A model generated the notes under the pieces. It searched no databases. It saw only the letters and a program-made list of their open reading frames with translations, and had not been told where the DNA came from. DNA of 64,000 bases, from NCBI GenBank assembly GCA_963805975.1, contig CAWDVR010000002.1:256001-320000 (forward strand), written 5' to 3'. The translations under genes were made by a program, and so were the position numbers. Below are positions 9,912 through 19,725 of this stretch, in pieces; the first letter of the stretch is position 1; every line of letters starts with the position of its first letter. The stretch is from an uncultured Acidobacteriota bacterium (GTDB lineage Bacteria > Acidobacteriota > Thermoanaerobaculia > Multivoradales > SZUA-115).

Positions 9912-12832
9912 GTGGTGACCTCCGTGATGGGCAGCGCGATGTGGAACTCGCAGAACTGGCCCGGACGCTGGCGCATCGAGATCCGGCCCCCCAACTGCCG
10001 CAGGGTCTCGCGCACCACGCTCATGCCGACGCCCCGGCCGGCGTCCTGGGAGACCTCCTCGGCCGTCGAGAAGCCGTGGTGGAAGATCAGCTCGTCGAGC
10101 GCCGCCGACTTCCAGCGGTTCCGCTCGCGGTCGATCAGGCCCTCGAGCAGCCCGGGCTCGTCCTTCGCCAGCTCGCGCGCCCGCTCGATCAGGCGCGGGT
10201 AGTCGATGCCGCGGCCGTCGTCGCGGAACAGCAGCTCCAGATGGCCGTTGTTGCGCCGCGCCGCGACCAGGATCTGGCCCTGCTCCGGCTTGCCGGCAGC
10301 CGTCCGCTCGGGCGCCGGCTCGATGCCATGCGCCATCGAGTTGCGCACCAGTTGCGCCATCACGTTCTGCACCGGCGCCCGGTAAGCGGCCGGGATCTCG
10401 AGATCGCCGGGAACCTCGAAGCGCAGCTCCGCCTTCTTGCCCAATCGCGCCGCAAGATCCTTGACGAAGCGCTCGAGCACTCCCTCGAGCACCTCGGTGC
10501 CGGCGGGCGGACGGGAGCCCAGGCTCTGCTGCAGCTCGCCCACCCGGCCGATGACCTCGCGGACCTCGACCAGGCTGTCGATCATTTCCGAGAGCTCGAG
10601 GACGATGGGGACGAAGTCGTTGCCGTCCAGGCTCACGTGGGTGCGCAACGGCTCGAGCTTGCTCTCGAAGCGGTGGGCCGCGGCCGCGAAGTAGTCGATG
10701 CGCAGCATCGCGGCCGAGCCCTTGATGGCGTGGATGCTGCGGTAGATCTGCTCGGCCAGACGGCGGTAGAAGGCACTGCGCTCCGCGCTCGGGAGACCCG
10801 TCACGGCACCTTCACCCGGCACGCCGGCCGGCGCCTCGCCGGTACCGGCGCGCAGCAGCGAGTTGACGCGCTCGAGCTCGGAGTGGGCGCTGGCGATGAA
10901 GTCGGAGAGCATCTGCGGCTCGACGTGCATCACCGACAGCAGCAGCTCGGCTTGGCGCTCCATGCGCTGCTGCGAGGCCTTGAGCTGGCGGGCCAGCTCG
11001 ACCCGTGAGGTGACGTCGGTCACGGTGACCATCGCCTGGCGGATCTCTTCCCCCTCTCGGATGCGGTCGAAGGTGAAGGACAGGTACTTGCGCTCGAGCT
11101 GGCCGCCCTTGCCGGGGAACACGGCCTCCAGCTCCTGCAGAGGGTTGATCTTGCCCACCACGCCGTCGTTCTTCGCCGGGTTGAAGAGCAGCTTCAGGAA
11201 CCGCTCGGCGAGCCCGTAGGTCTTCCCCGGCGCGATCCGGCGCAGCAGGTCGAGGAAGCTCGCTCCCGCCAGGTTCTCGGCGCCCAGGATGCTCTCGAGC
11301 GCCGTCGAGTACCTGGGCTCGACCGCGAGCTCCCGGTTGAGCAGGAACAAGCCCTCGCGCACCGTGCCCAGGATGGTGTCGGTCATCACCAGGGAGCGCT
11401 CCAGATCGCGGTTGGCGAGCTGTAGGCTCTCGGTGTTGGCACGCAGCCGCCCGACCATCTCGTTGAACGAGTCGGCGAGCACCGCGATCTCGTCCCGGCC
11501 CTCGCTGCTGATCTCGAGGTCCAGGTCGCCGTCGCGGACCAGGGTGGCCGCTTCGGCGAGGGCCGTCACCGGCTGGATCCAGCGGCGGGAGAGGAAGAGA
11601 TACGACGGCAGCAGCACGGCGGCGAGGATGCCGGCGATGAGCAGCAGGAGGGAGCGCGAGATCCGCGACGCCGCCTGCCCCAGCTCGTCCTTCGGCACCA
11701 CGAAGACCAGCTTCCAGTACGGGTCCGGCACGTGGAACAGGAAGGCCACGGCCGGCTGGCCGGTGATCAGGTCCGCCGGCACCTCGACGGTCGAGAAGAG
11801 GCGGCTCCCTGGCTCGGCCCCGCGGCCACGCAGCGGGTCGGCGAGCATCGCCGCGACGAGCTCGGCATCGGCACGCTCGATGCCCGGGCTCGCCTCGTCG
11901 ATCTCGGCCGCGAGCGACGGCACGTAGGCCGGCGAGGCCTGGGCGCGGCGCACGATCTCGGTATCCATCGCCTGCACGGCGTCCGCGATCGGCCGGAAGC
12001 CGGGCTCGGCCGCCGCCAGGTCCGCGGTCCGCACGAAGCCCTGCCGCGCGCCCTCGGCGCCGGCCTGCTGCCGCCGCAGGAGCTCGGGCTTGGGGAAGGC
12101 GACGAACTGGTTGTGGCGGTCGAGCAGGAAGCTATAGCCGGCGCCCTCGGGCTTGACCCCGCGCAGCAGCGCCGCCAGATCCTCGAACTCGAGGTCGATG
12201 GTCGCGGCGCCCAGGAACCGATCGCCGTCATAGCAGGCCGTGGAGCAGGTGACCATCGCCTGGCCGGTGTGGGGGTCCCGGTAGGAGCGGCTCCAGTACA
12301 CCCCGCCCCGCGGCAGGAAGCGCACCGGCACGTACCACTCTTCGCCGTGGTAGCCGGGAGCGGGCGGCGGCGCGTTGTAGTCGTCGAAGTAGCGCAAACC
12401 GGCCGCGGGATCGCGGCCCCAGAAGAAGCTCCGGCGCTCGACACCGGGCGTGAAGAGCCCGGGCTCGGGCCAGTAGCCGCCGCCGGCCACCGCGGCGTCA
12501 CCCTGGAAGTCGATCAGCCTGGGCAGCGCGTTCGTGAACGTGGCGGCGTCGCGGGGCAGGATCGCCGCCGTCTCGGCGATGGTCTTGACCAGCGCCGAGA
12601 TCTCCCGCGTGCGGAGTTGTACCTCCTCGACGCTCCGGTTCCCCGCCTCCTCGACCGCGCCCTGCGACTCGGCCACGACCTGGCTCTTGCCGTAGGTGTT
12701 CATCACCAGCACGATGCCGATGAGCAGCAGGCCGAACAAGCCTGCGAGCGCCACCACTCCCTGCCACGCGAGGCTGTCGCGCCAACGCGGGGCGGCACTC
12801 CTTGCTTGTGGTCTGAGCTCTGGGATGCTCAT
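9908..12832 (-). CDS. membrane sensor kinase: TM-Cache-like-TM-HAMP-(PAS-like)-HPt-CheA-type HATPase, no CheW domain
   Basis: Two TM helices, HAMP (DEIAVLADSFNEM), HPt (RSIHAIKGSA), N-box LVRNSMAHGIE, DDGRGID, GFSTA, GRGVGMSVV; ends right after the HATPase. Confidence 0.85.
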   Translation of the reverse strand: MSIPELRPQARSAAPRWRDSLAWQGVVALAGLFGLLLIGIVLVMNTYGKSQVVAESQGAVEEAGNRSVEEVQLRTREISALVKTIAETAAILPRDAATFTNALPRLIDFQGDAAVAGGGYWPEPGLFTPGVERRSFFWGRDPAAGLRYFDDYNAPPPAPGYHGEEWYVPVRFLPRGGVYWSRSYRDPHTGQAMVTCSTACYDGDRFLGAATIDLEFEDLAALLRGVKPEGAGYSFLLDRHNQFVAFPKPELLRRQQAGAEGARQGFVRTADLAAAEPGFRPIADAVQAMDTEIVRRAQASPAYVPSLAAEIDEASPGIERADAELVAAMLADPLRGRGAEPGSRLFSTVEVPADLITGQPAVAFLFHVPDPYWKLVFVVPKDELGQAASRISRSLLLLIAGILAAVLLPSYLFLSRRWIQPVTALAEAATLVRDGDLDLEISSEGRDEIAVLADSFNEMVGRLRANTESLQLANRDLERSLVMTDTILGTVREGLFLLNRELAVEPRYSTALESILGAENLAGASFLDLLRRIAPGKTYGLAERFLKLLFNPAKNDGVVGKINPLQELEAVFPGKGGQLERKYLSFTFDRIREGEEIRQAMVTVTDVTSRVELARQLKASQQRMERQAELLLSVMHVEPQMLSDFIASAHSELERVNSLLRAGTGEAPAGVPGEGAVTGLPSAERSAFYRRLAEQIYRSIHAIKGSAAMLRIDYFAAAAHRFESKLEPLRTHVSLDGNDFVPIVLELSEMIDSLVEVREVIGRVGELQQSLGSRPPAGTEVLEGVLERFVKDLAARLGKKAELRFEVPGDLEIPAAYRAPVQNVMAQLVRNSMAHGIEPAPERTAAGKPEQGQILVAARRNNGHLELLFRDDGRGIDYPRLIERARELAKDEPGLLEGLIDRERNRWKSAALDELIFHHGFSTAEEVSQDAGRGVGMSVVRETLRQLGGRISMRQRPGQFCEFHIALPITEVTT

Positions 12833-13032
12833 TCTCGAGAACCTCCTGGCCTGGCGCTCTCGCTGTCTTGGAGTGGGATGGAACGAGGGTTTTCACCTCG
12901 CTTGGGGCTACCGCACGAGGCGATGATGGCGGATCTCCCTTACGGACTGTATTACGAATTCCCTGCAGAAACGATCGTCCTCTTGGCGCTCCCTCGCGCA
13001 ACGCAATGCGCCGTTTCGAAGATAGAGAGATG

Positions 13033-13056
13033 CACCTCCTGGCGTGGCAGGAGGTG
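13033..13056 (-). terminator. possible terminator hairpin after potD
   Basis: CACCTCCTG-N6-CAGGAGGTG followed on the minus strand by a pyrimidine-rich run, no clear U-tract. Confidence 0.3.
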
Positions 13057-13105
13057 TCTGGCGGTGCGCTGCTTCCCGGCGGGAAAAAGCCTGGCGGGAG
13101 AGGGT

Positions 13106-14176
13106 CTATTGCGCCTTGATCTCGGTCCACAGCTCGTCCATGAGCTGCGTCGCGTCGCCCACGTCCTCGATGAACTCGCAGCGCGCCAGAACTTCCTGCG
13201 ACGGATAGATCGCGGGATCGTTCAGGATCGAGGCATCGATCCATTTCCTCGCCGGCACGTTGGCGCTGGCGTAGCTCACGCTGTTGACGATCTTGGCGTT
13301 GACCTCCGGCTCCATGACGAAGTTGAGGAAGGCGTAGGCGGCGTCGAGGTTGCGCGCCTTGGCGGGGATGGCGGCGCTGTCCATCCAGACCGTGGCCCCT
13401 TCCTTGGGCACCACATAGGCGAGCTTCTCCGGCGCCTCGGCCACCACCTCGGCGAGCTGGCCGTTGTAGCCGTGCGCGAGGTCGACGTCGCCCGAGGCGA
13501 GGATGTTGGCGAAGTCGCCGCTGTTGTAAGTCTTGACCAGCCGCTTCTGCTTCTTGAGCAGCTCGGCCGCCTGGCGAAGCACCGCCGGGTCGCGCTCGTT
13601 GAGCGACTTGCCCATCGACTTGAGCGCCACGGCGAAGCACTCCCGCATGTCGTCGAGCATCAGGATGCGGCCCGCGTTCTTCTCGTCGAAGACCGCGGCC
13701 CAACTGTCGACCGGTCCGCCCAGGCTTGCCTGGTTGTAGCCCAGCCCGGTGGTGCCCCAGACGTAGGGCAGCGAGTGCTTGTTGCCGGGATCGAACTTCT
13801 GGTTGAGGAGCTTTACGTCGAGGTTGGCGAGGTTGGGCAGGCGCAGGTGGTCGAGCTCGGCGAGCAGGTTCTTCTGGATCAGGATGCGGACCATGTAGTC
13901 CGAGGGCACCACGATGTCGTAGTCGGCGACCCCGGACTCGAGCTTGGCGAGCAGCGCCTCGTTCGAGTCGTAGAGGTCGAAGTTGTAGTCGATGCCGGTC
14001 CTGGCCTTGAACTCGTCGAGCACCTCGACGGGCAGGTACTCGGACCAGATGAAGATGTTCACCTTGCCGGCCTGCTTCGCCGCCGGCCCGTTGCCGCCCG
14101 GGCCGCAGGCGGCCATTGCGAAGACGGCGATGGCGAGCACGGCGAGCCCCGCGGCGGCGAGCTTTCTCTTGTTCAT
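13106..14176 (-). CDS. potD: spermidine/putrescine ABC transporter substrate-binding lipoprotein
   Basis: Lipobox AMAAC; WSEY, YDSNE, YDIVVPSDY, PYVWGTTG, PKEGATVWMD. Confidence 0.9.
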   Translation of the reverse strand: MNKRKLAAAGLAVLAIAVFAMAACGPGGNGPAAKQAGKVNIFIWSEYLPVEVLDEFKARTGIDYNFDLYDSNEALLAKLESGVADYDIVVPSDYMVRILIQKNLLAELDHLRLPNLANLDVKLLNQKFDPGNKHSLPYVWGTTGLGYNQASLGGPVDSWAAVFDEKNAGRILMLDDMRECFAVALKSMGKSLNERDPAVLRQAAELLKKQKRLVKTYNSGDFANILASGDVDLAHGYNGQLAEVVAEAPEKLAYVVPKEGATVWMDSAAIPAKARNLDAAYAFLNFVMEPEVNAKIVNSVSYASANVPARKWIDASILNDPAIYPSQEVLARCEFIEDVGDATQLMDELWTEIKAQ

Positions 14177-15075
14177 CCCTTCTCTCCTTTTTCGACGGCT
14201 CCCTGCTGCAGCCGCTGCGCCACGACGATCAGGACCACCGTCACCGCGAGCAGCAGGGTCGACACGGCATTGACCTCCGGCGTCACCCCCACCTTGAGCA
14301 TGGAGTAGATCTGCAACGGCAATGTGGTGGCGCCGACGCCGGCGACGAACGAGGTCACCACGTAGTCGTCCACCGAGATGGTGAACACCAGGAGCGCGCC
14401 GGCGACGATGCCGGGCGCGATCAGCGGCAGGGTGACGCGGAAGAACGTGGTCACCGGGCCGGCACCGAGGTCGAGGGCCGCCTCCTCGAGCGAGCGGTCG
14501 AAGCCCGAGAGGCGCGCCCGCACGACGATCGCCACGTAGGGAATGCAGAAGGCGACGTGGGCGACGACCACGGTCCAGAACGACAGCCGCAGATGGACCG
14601 CCCCGAAGAAGGTCACCAGCGCCGCGGCGATGACGATCTCGGGAATGATGATCGGCAGGTAGAGGGCGGCCTGGGTCGCCGCCTTGCCGCGAAACTCGAA
14701 GCGCCCGAGGGCCAGCGCGGCCATGGTGCCGAAGACGGTCGCCACCACCGTCGTCAGGCCGGCGACCAGCAGGCTGTTCTTGACCGACTTGAGCAGCAGC
14801 GAGTTGCCGGCGAGCTTGGCGTACCAGTCGAGGGTGAAGCCTTCCCACAGCGCCGTCTGCTTGCCGGCATTGAAGGAGAAGACCACCAGCACCAGGATCG
14901 GCGCGTAGAGAAAGAGGAAGACGAGGGCGGTGTGGGTGGCGAGCGCCAGCCGCTCCCAGGCGAACGGCCGCGCCCGCTCGACGGGCGGGAGAGCCCGGCC
15001 CACCAGGCGCACCGGCGCTTCGCCGGGAAGGGCCTCCGCGCCACCCGCCGGGCCCTCCGCGGCCGTGCCCCTCAC
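14173..15075 (-). CDS. potC: polyamine ABC transporter permease
   Basis: FLYAPILVLVVFSFN, EAA loop LEEAALDLGA, TTLPLQIYS, PEVNA. Confidence 0.9.
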   Translation of the reverse strand: MRGTAAEGPAGGAEALPGEAPVRLVGRALPPVERARPFAWERLALATHTALVFLFLYAPILVLVVFSFNAGKQTALWEGFTLDWYAKLAGNSLLLKSVKNSLLVAGLTTVVATVFGTMAALALGRFEFRGKAATQAALYLPIIIPEIVIAAALVTFFGAVHLRLSFWTVVVAHVAFCIPYVAIVVRARLSGFDRSLEEAALDLGAGPVTTFFRVTLPLIAPGIVAGALLVFTISVDDYVVTSFVAGVGATTLPLQIYSMLKVGVTPEVNAVSTLLLAVTVVLIVVAQRLQQGAVEKGEKG

Positions 15076-15971
15076 AGCAGCACCTCTTTGCCCCGGCGCT
15101 TGACGTAGAAGGCATAGGCCAGGAGCAGCAGGAGCACCACCGCCGTCAGCTCGAACGCCACGGCCGAGCCGAACGGCTTGTTGCGCGCGATGACGTACTG
15201 GTTCTGGATCAGGTTGCCCACCAGGATGCTCTTCGCCCCGCCCAAGAGATCGGGGACGATGAACTGGCCGATCGAGGGGATGAACACCAGCACGATGCCG
15301 GCGATCACGCCCGGCATCGACAGCGGCATCGTCACCCGCCAGAAGCTCGCCCAGTGGCCGGCGCCGAGATCGGTCGCCGCCTCGAGCAGCGACAGGTCGA
15401 GCTTCTCGAGCGAGGCGTAGAGCGGCAGGATCATGAACGGCAGCTCACCGTAGACCAGCCCGATCATCACCGCGAAGTCGTTGTAGAGCAGGTCGAGCGG
15501 CTGGTCGATCCACCCCAACCCGAGGAGCGAGGTATTGGCGAGGCCCTGGGTGCGCAGGATGAACATCCAGGCATAGGTACGGATCAGGAAGCTGGTCCAG
15601 AACGGGATCACCACCAGGCCCAGGAGCAGATTCTTGCGCCGCGGCGGCGCCAGCACGGCAATGTAGTAGGCCACCGGGAAGCTCACCAGCAGGCAGACGA
15701 CGGTGGTGACGACCGCCATCCACAGCGAGCGGCCGTAGATCCGCAGGTAGATCGGCTCCAGCGAGCGCGCGTAGTTCGAGAGGAACTTGCCGGAGGTGAT
15801 GTGGGCGCCGAGATCCGTGATCGGCTTCAGACCGCCGTAGGTGTCGCGCTCGGTGAAGCTGATGCCGAGCATGATGGCGAGCGGCAGCAACAGGAAGACG
15901 CCGAGGACGAGCCACGCCGGCACCACCAGCGGGTAGGCGGCCCGGCTCCTCCTGGTACCCTCGGCAGCCAT
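15072..15971 (-). CDS. potB: polyamine ABC transporter permease
   Basis: PFWTSFLIRTYAW, LPFMILPLYASLEKLD, LLEAATDLGA. Confidence 0.9.
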   Translation of the reverse strand: MAAEGTRRSRAAYPLVVPAWLVLGVFLLLPLAIMLGISFTERDTYGGLKPITDLGAHITSGKFLSNYARSLEPIYLRIYGRSLWMAVVTTVVCLLVSFPVAYYIAVLAPPRRKNLLLGLVVIPFWTSFLIRTYAWMFILRTQGLANTSLLGLGWIDQPLDLLYNDFAVMIGLVYGELPFMILPLYASLEKLDLSLLEAATDLGAGHWASFWRVTMPLSMPGVIAGIVLVFIPSIGQFIVPDLLGGAKSILVGNLIQNQYVIARNKPFGSAVAFELTAVVLLLLLAYAFYVKRRGKEVLL

Positions 15972-15975
15972 CTTC

Positions 15976-17079
15976 CTAGGGGTCGTCGACCAGCACCGTG
16001 TGGCGCGGGTTCCAGCACATGAAGGCCTGGCGGCCGACGGCGAACTTGCCGCTCTCCGCGAACGGCCGCTCGTTCTGGTCGTAGATCAGGTACTGCTGCC
16101 CGCCGGCGTCGCGCACCACCCACACCGTGGACACCCCCTGGTAGACGCGGTCCTCGATGGTCACCGGCACCGAAGGGATGCCACGCTCGGAGAGGTCGTG
16201 AGCGCGCAGGTCGAGCTTCTCCGGGCGGACCACGAAGCGCACCTCCTCGCCCTGGTGCCGCGCCGTGCCGTTGACCTCGACCGCGACCTCGGTTCCGGCC
16301 ACGGTGGAGAGCGAGAGCAGGCCGTGGGCGATGTCCCGCACGCGGGCGGTGAAGAAGTTCGAGGCACCCATGAAGCGGGCCACGAACTCCGTCTGCGGGT
16401 ACTCGAAGACGGTGGGCGAGCGGTCCACCTGCTCCACGCGGCCGCGGTTCATCACCGCGATGCGGTCGCTCATCGCCAGCGCTTCTTCCTGGTCGTGGGT
16501 GACGAAGATGAACGTGATGCCGAGCCGGCGCTGCAAGTTCTTCAGCTCGACCTGCACCTCTTTCCGCAGCTTCTGGTCGAGAGCGCCGAGCGGCTCGTCC
16601 AGGAGCAGCACCTGCGGCTCGAGCGCCAGCGCCCGCGCCAGGGCCACCCGCTGGCGCTGCCCGCCCGAGAGCTGGTGCGGGTAGCGGCGCTCGAAGCCGA
16701 CGAGCTGCAGGAGGGCGAGAGCGGCGGCGGTGCGCTCGGCAAAGGCGCTCCTGGGCACCCCCTGGTAGCGCAGGCCGAAGGCCACGTTCTCCTCCACCGT
16801 CAAGTGGGGAAAGAGCGCGTAGTGCTGGAAGACCATGTTCACCGGGCGCTTGAACGGCGGCACCCGCGTCATGTCCACGCCGCCGATCGAGATCGTGCCC
16901 GAGGTCGGCACCTCGAAGCCGCCCAGCATCCGCAGGAGCGTGGTCTTGCCGCAGCCGCTCGGGCCGAGGAGAGAGAAGAACTCGCCGCGGGCGATCGAGA
17001 GCGATACGTCGTCGACCGCGGCGTAGTCGCCGAAGCGTTTCGAGACGTGGGAGATCTCTACCGAGAGGTCGCTGTCGAT
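15976..17079 (-). CDS. potA: polyamine ABC transporter ATP-binding subunit (start uncertain)
   Basis: GPSGCGKTT, LSGGQRQR, LLLDEPLGALD, VTHDQEEA, C-terminal TOBE-like region; homology begins near ATC 17079, no nearby ATG. Confidence 0.88.
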   Translation of the reverse strand: MDSDLSVEISHVSKRFGDYAAVDDVSLSIARGEFFSLLGPSGCGKTTLLRMLGGFEVPTSGTISIGGVDMTRVPPFKRPVNMVFQHYALFPHLTVEENVAFGLRYQGVPRSAFAERTAAALALLQLVGFERRYPHQLSGGQRQRVALARALALEPQVLLLDEPLGALDQKLRKEVQVELKNLQRRLGITFIFVTHDQEEALAMSDRIAVMNRGRVEQVDRSPTVFEYPQTEFVARFMGASNFFTARVRDIAHGLLSLSTVAGTEVAVEVNGTARHQGEEVRFVVRPEKLDLRAHDLSERGIPSVPVTIEDRVYQGVSTVWVVRDAGGQQYLIYDQNERPFAESGKFAVGRQAFMCWNPRHTVLVDDP

Positions 17080-17330
17080 GCGCGGTTTTCTAGCACAAGC
17101 GGGGGGGCGGGGGAAGAGAAATGTCGGATCCGCTGCCGTCTCGATTCGGCGCAAGGATTCGGCGCGGGCGACCCGGAGTAGCGGTACTATTCGGATCGAT
17201 GTTGCCGATTCCCGCGGGCCAGGCGTTCGTCGCACCCTCGACGGATCGGCATCGATCTTGCTCCGCGGCGAAAATACCCGGAGCTCGTCCGGTGTGACAC
17301 GACGCTCGTACTGCTGAGGAGACCCAACGG

Positions 17331-18680
17331 ATGGAAGCAACCTCTCGTGTTGCCGTAATGGAAGTCGACAGCCGAAAGGAGGACGTCGCGGGCCAAGAGT
17401 CCGACGACGTGCCCGATCCTGGCCCCAGTGGCAGCTCTCTGCTCGTGTTCCCGAGCCGAGCCCCTTCTCCCCCTCCCCTCACCCTAACCCTAGCCCCGAA
17501 AAGCCCGACCCCGAAGAGACTGACCCGCTCCCGTCCACCGGCGACGAGCGAGGCGACGCGCGCCTTCCGCCGCCGCTACTTCCCCCACGCGACGCTCGCG
17601 CAGTGGAGCGACTGGCACTGGCAGTCGCGCAACCGCATCACCAAGCTCGCGGACTTCGAGCGCATCCTCGAGCTCTCGGCCGACGAGCGCGCGGCGCTCG
17701 AGGCCGGCGGCTCGATGCTTCCCACCGGCGTCACCCCCTATTACCTGAGCCTGGTCTCGCGGCAGGACCCGCTCGACCCGCTGCGGCGGACGATCGTGCC
17801 GGCCACGGCCGAGTTCGTGCGCACGCCCGGCGAGGCGGACGATCCACTGGGGGAAGATGCCCACATGCCGGTGCCCGGCCTCGTCCACCGCTACCCGGAC
17901 CGCGTGCTCTTCCTGGTGCTCGACTTCTGCTCCACCTACTGCCGCTACTGCACGCGCTCCCGGGTCGTGGGCCACGGCGAGATCCTCCCCAGCGAGGCGC
18001 GCCTCGAAAAGGCGATCGACTACATCCGGTCGACGCCCACCATCCGCGACGTGCTGCTCTCGGGCGGCGATCCCCTGGCGCTTGCCGACCATCGCCTGGA
18101 CTGGATCCTGACCCGGCTGCGGGCCATCCCGCACGTCGAGTTCGTACGCATCGGCACCAAGATGCCGGCCGTGCTGCCGCAGCGCATCACACCGGAGCTG
18201 GTGCGCATGCTCAAGCGGCACCACCCGCTGTGGATGAGCCTCCACTTCATGCATCCCGCCGAGTGCACGCCCGAGGCCCACCGCGCCTGCGCCCGCCTGG
18301 CCGACGCCGGCATCCCCCTCGGCTCGCAGACCGTGCTCACCCGCGGCGTCAACGACGACGTGGAGACCATGAAGCAGCTCATGCACCAGCTTCTACGTAT
18401 GCGGGTGCGGCCCTACTATCTCTACCAGGCCGACCCCATCTCGGGCTCCAGCCACTTCCGGACGCCGGTCGCCAAGGGGCTCGAGATCATCGCCGGCCTG
18501 CGCGGCCACACCACGGGCTACGCGGTGCCGACCTACGTCATCGACGCTCCCGGGGGCGGCGGCAAGATCTCGCTGATGCCGGACGCGGTGGTCGGCCGCG
18601 AGGGCGACGAGCTGCTGCTCAGGAACTACGAGGGCCGGGTGTTTCGCTATCCCGATCCGCAACCGGCGGCGGCGTCATGA
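17331..18680 (+). CDS. KamA-family radical SAM lysine 2,3-aminomutase-like protein
   Basis: HRYPDRVL, CSTYCRYCTR, LLSGGDPL, RPYYLYQ, DAPGGGGKI (PLP lysine); GAGGAG SD. Confidence 0.92.
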   Translation: MEATSRVAVMEVDSRKEDVAGQESDDVPDPGPSGSSLLVFPSRAPSPPPLTLTLAPKSPTPKRLTRSRPPATSEATRAFRRRYFPHATLAQWSDWHWQSRNRITKLADFERILELSADERAALEAGGSMLPTGVTPYYLSLVSRQDPLDPLRRTIVPATAEFVRTPGEADDPLGEDAHMPVPGLVHRYPDRVLFLVLDFCSTYCRYCTRSRVVGHGEILPSEARLEKAIDYIRSTPTIRDVLLSGGDPLALADHRLDWILTRLRAIPHVEFVRIGTKMPAVLPQRITPELVRMLKRHHPLWMSLHFMHPAECTPEAHRACARLADAGIPLGSQTVLTRGVNDDVETMKQLMHQLLRMRVRPYYLYQADPISGSSHFRTPVAKGLEIIAGLRGHTTGYAVPTYVIDAPGGGGKISLMPDAVVGREGDELLLRNYEGRVFRYPDPQPAAAS

Positions 18681-19723
18681 GGGGGCGAGGGCTGCGTATC
18701 GGGCTCACCTACGACCTGCGCGACGACTATCTCGCCGAGGGCTGGAGTGAGGAAGAGACCGCGGAGCTCGACAGCCTGGGGACCATCGAGGCGATCGAGG
18801 CCGCGCTCGCCGAGCTCGGTCACCGACCGGAGCGCATCGGCCATGCCCGGCGGCTGATGGCCCGCCTCGGCACCGGCGAGCGCTGGGACCTGGTGTTCAA
18901 CCTCGCCGAGGGCCTTTCCGGCTTCGGCCGCGAGGCCCTGGTGCCGGCGCTCCTCGAGCTCTACCGGATCCCCTACACTTTCTCCGACCCGCTGGCGATG
19001 ACCGTCTCCCTGCACAAGGCCACCACCAAGCGCGTGCTGCGCGACGCCGGCCTGCCGACCCCGGACTTCGCCCTGGTCGAGACCGCCGCCGACGCCAGCC
19101 GGGTGACGCTGCCGCCGCCGCTCTTCGTCAAACCGGTGGCCGAGGGCACCAGCAAGGGCATCTCGGGCTCTTCGGTCGTGACCTCGGCCGCCGAGCTCGA
19201 AGCGGCCTGCGCCGAGCTGCTGGCCCGCTTCGACCAACCCGTGCTGGTCGAGACCTTCCTGCCGGGCCGCGAGCTCACCGTGGGCGTCCTCGGCACCGGC
19301 GGCGAGGCCGAGGTGCTGGGGAGCCTGGAGGTGATCCTGCTGCCCGGTGCCGAGCCGGACGTCTATTCCTACGCCAACAAGGAGCGGTGCGAGGAGCTGG
19401 TGCGCTACGAGCTGCGGTGCGGTGCGGACGAGCCGATGGTGGCCGAGGCCGAGGCGCTGGCCCTCGCCGCCTGGCGGCTCCTGGGCTGCCGCGACGCCGG
19501 CCGCGTGGACCTGCGTTGCGACGCCGGCGGCCGGCCGCAGTTGATCGAGGTGAACCCGCTCGCCGGCCTGCACCCCTCGCACTCCGACCTGCCGATCCTG
19601 GCGACGGCGCTGGGCCTGCCGTACCTCGGGCTCCTGGAACGCATCGTGGCCTCGGCCTCGGCACGCATCCCGGTCTCGCCGACGCTGGTCAGCCCGCCCA
19701 TGCCGGCGATGGCGGCGGGCTGA
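18677..19723 (+). CDS. D-Ala-D-Ala ligase-like ATP-grasp protein
   Basis: VFNLAEG, FVKPVAEGTSKGI, ETFLPGRELTV, RVDLR, IEVNPLAGL; ATGA overlap with kamA. Confidence 0.85.
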   Translation: MRGRGLRIGLTYDLRDDYLAEGWSEEETAELDSLGTIEAIEAALAELGHRPERIGHARRLMARLGTGERWDLVFNLAEGLSGFGREALVPALLELYRIPYTFSDPLAMTVSLHKATTKRVLRDAGLPTPDFALVETAADASRVTLPPPLFVKPVAEGTSKGISGSSVVTSAAELEAACAELLARFDQPVLVETFLPGRELTVGVLGTGGEAEVLGSLEVILLPGAEPDVYSYANKERCEELVRYELRCGADEPMVAEAEALALAAWRLLGCRDAGRVDLRCDAGGRPQLIEVNPLAGLHPSHSDLPILATALGLPYLGLLERIVASASARIPVSPTLVSPPMPAMAAG

Positions 19724-19725
19724 GC

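Noticed and set aside
12833-13105. Possible riboswitch upstream of the CheA-like kinase
   Set aside because: No c-di-GMP or other recognisable aptamer motif by eye; only one simple hairpin.
17476-17496. CCCCTCACCCTAACCCTAGCC telomere-like/boxC-like stretch in the kamA 5' region
   Set aside because: Only a short partial match without the GGGAGAGGG half; not enough to call a repeat.
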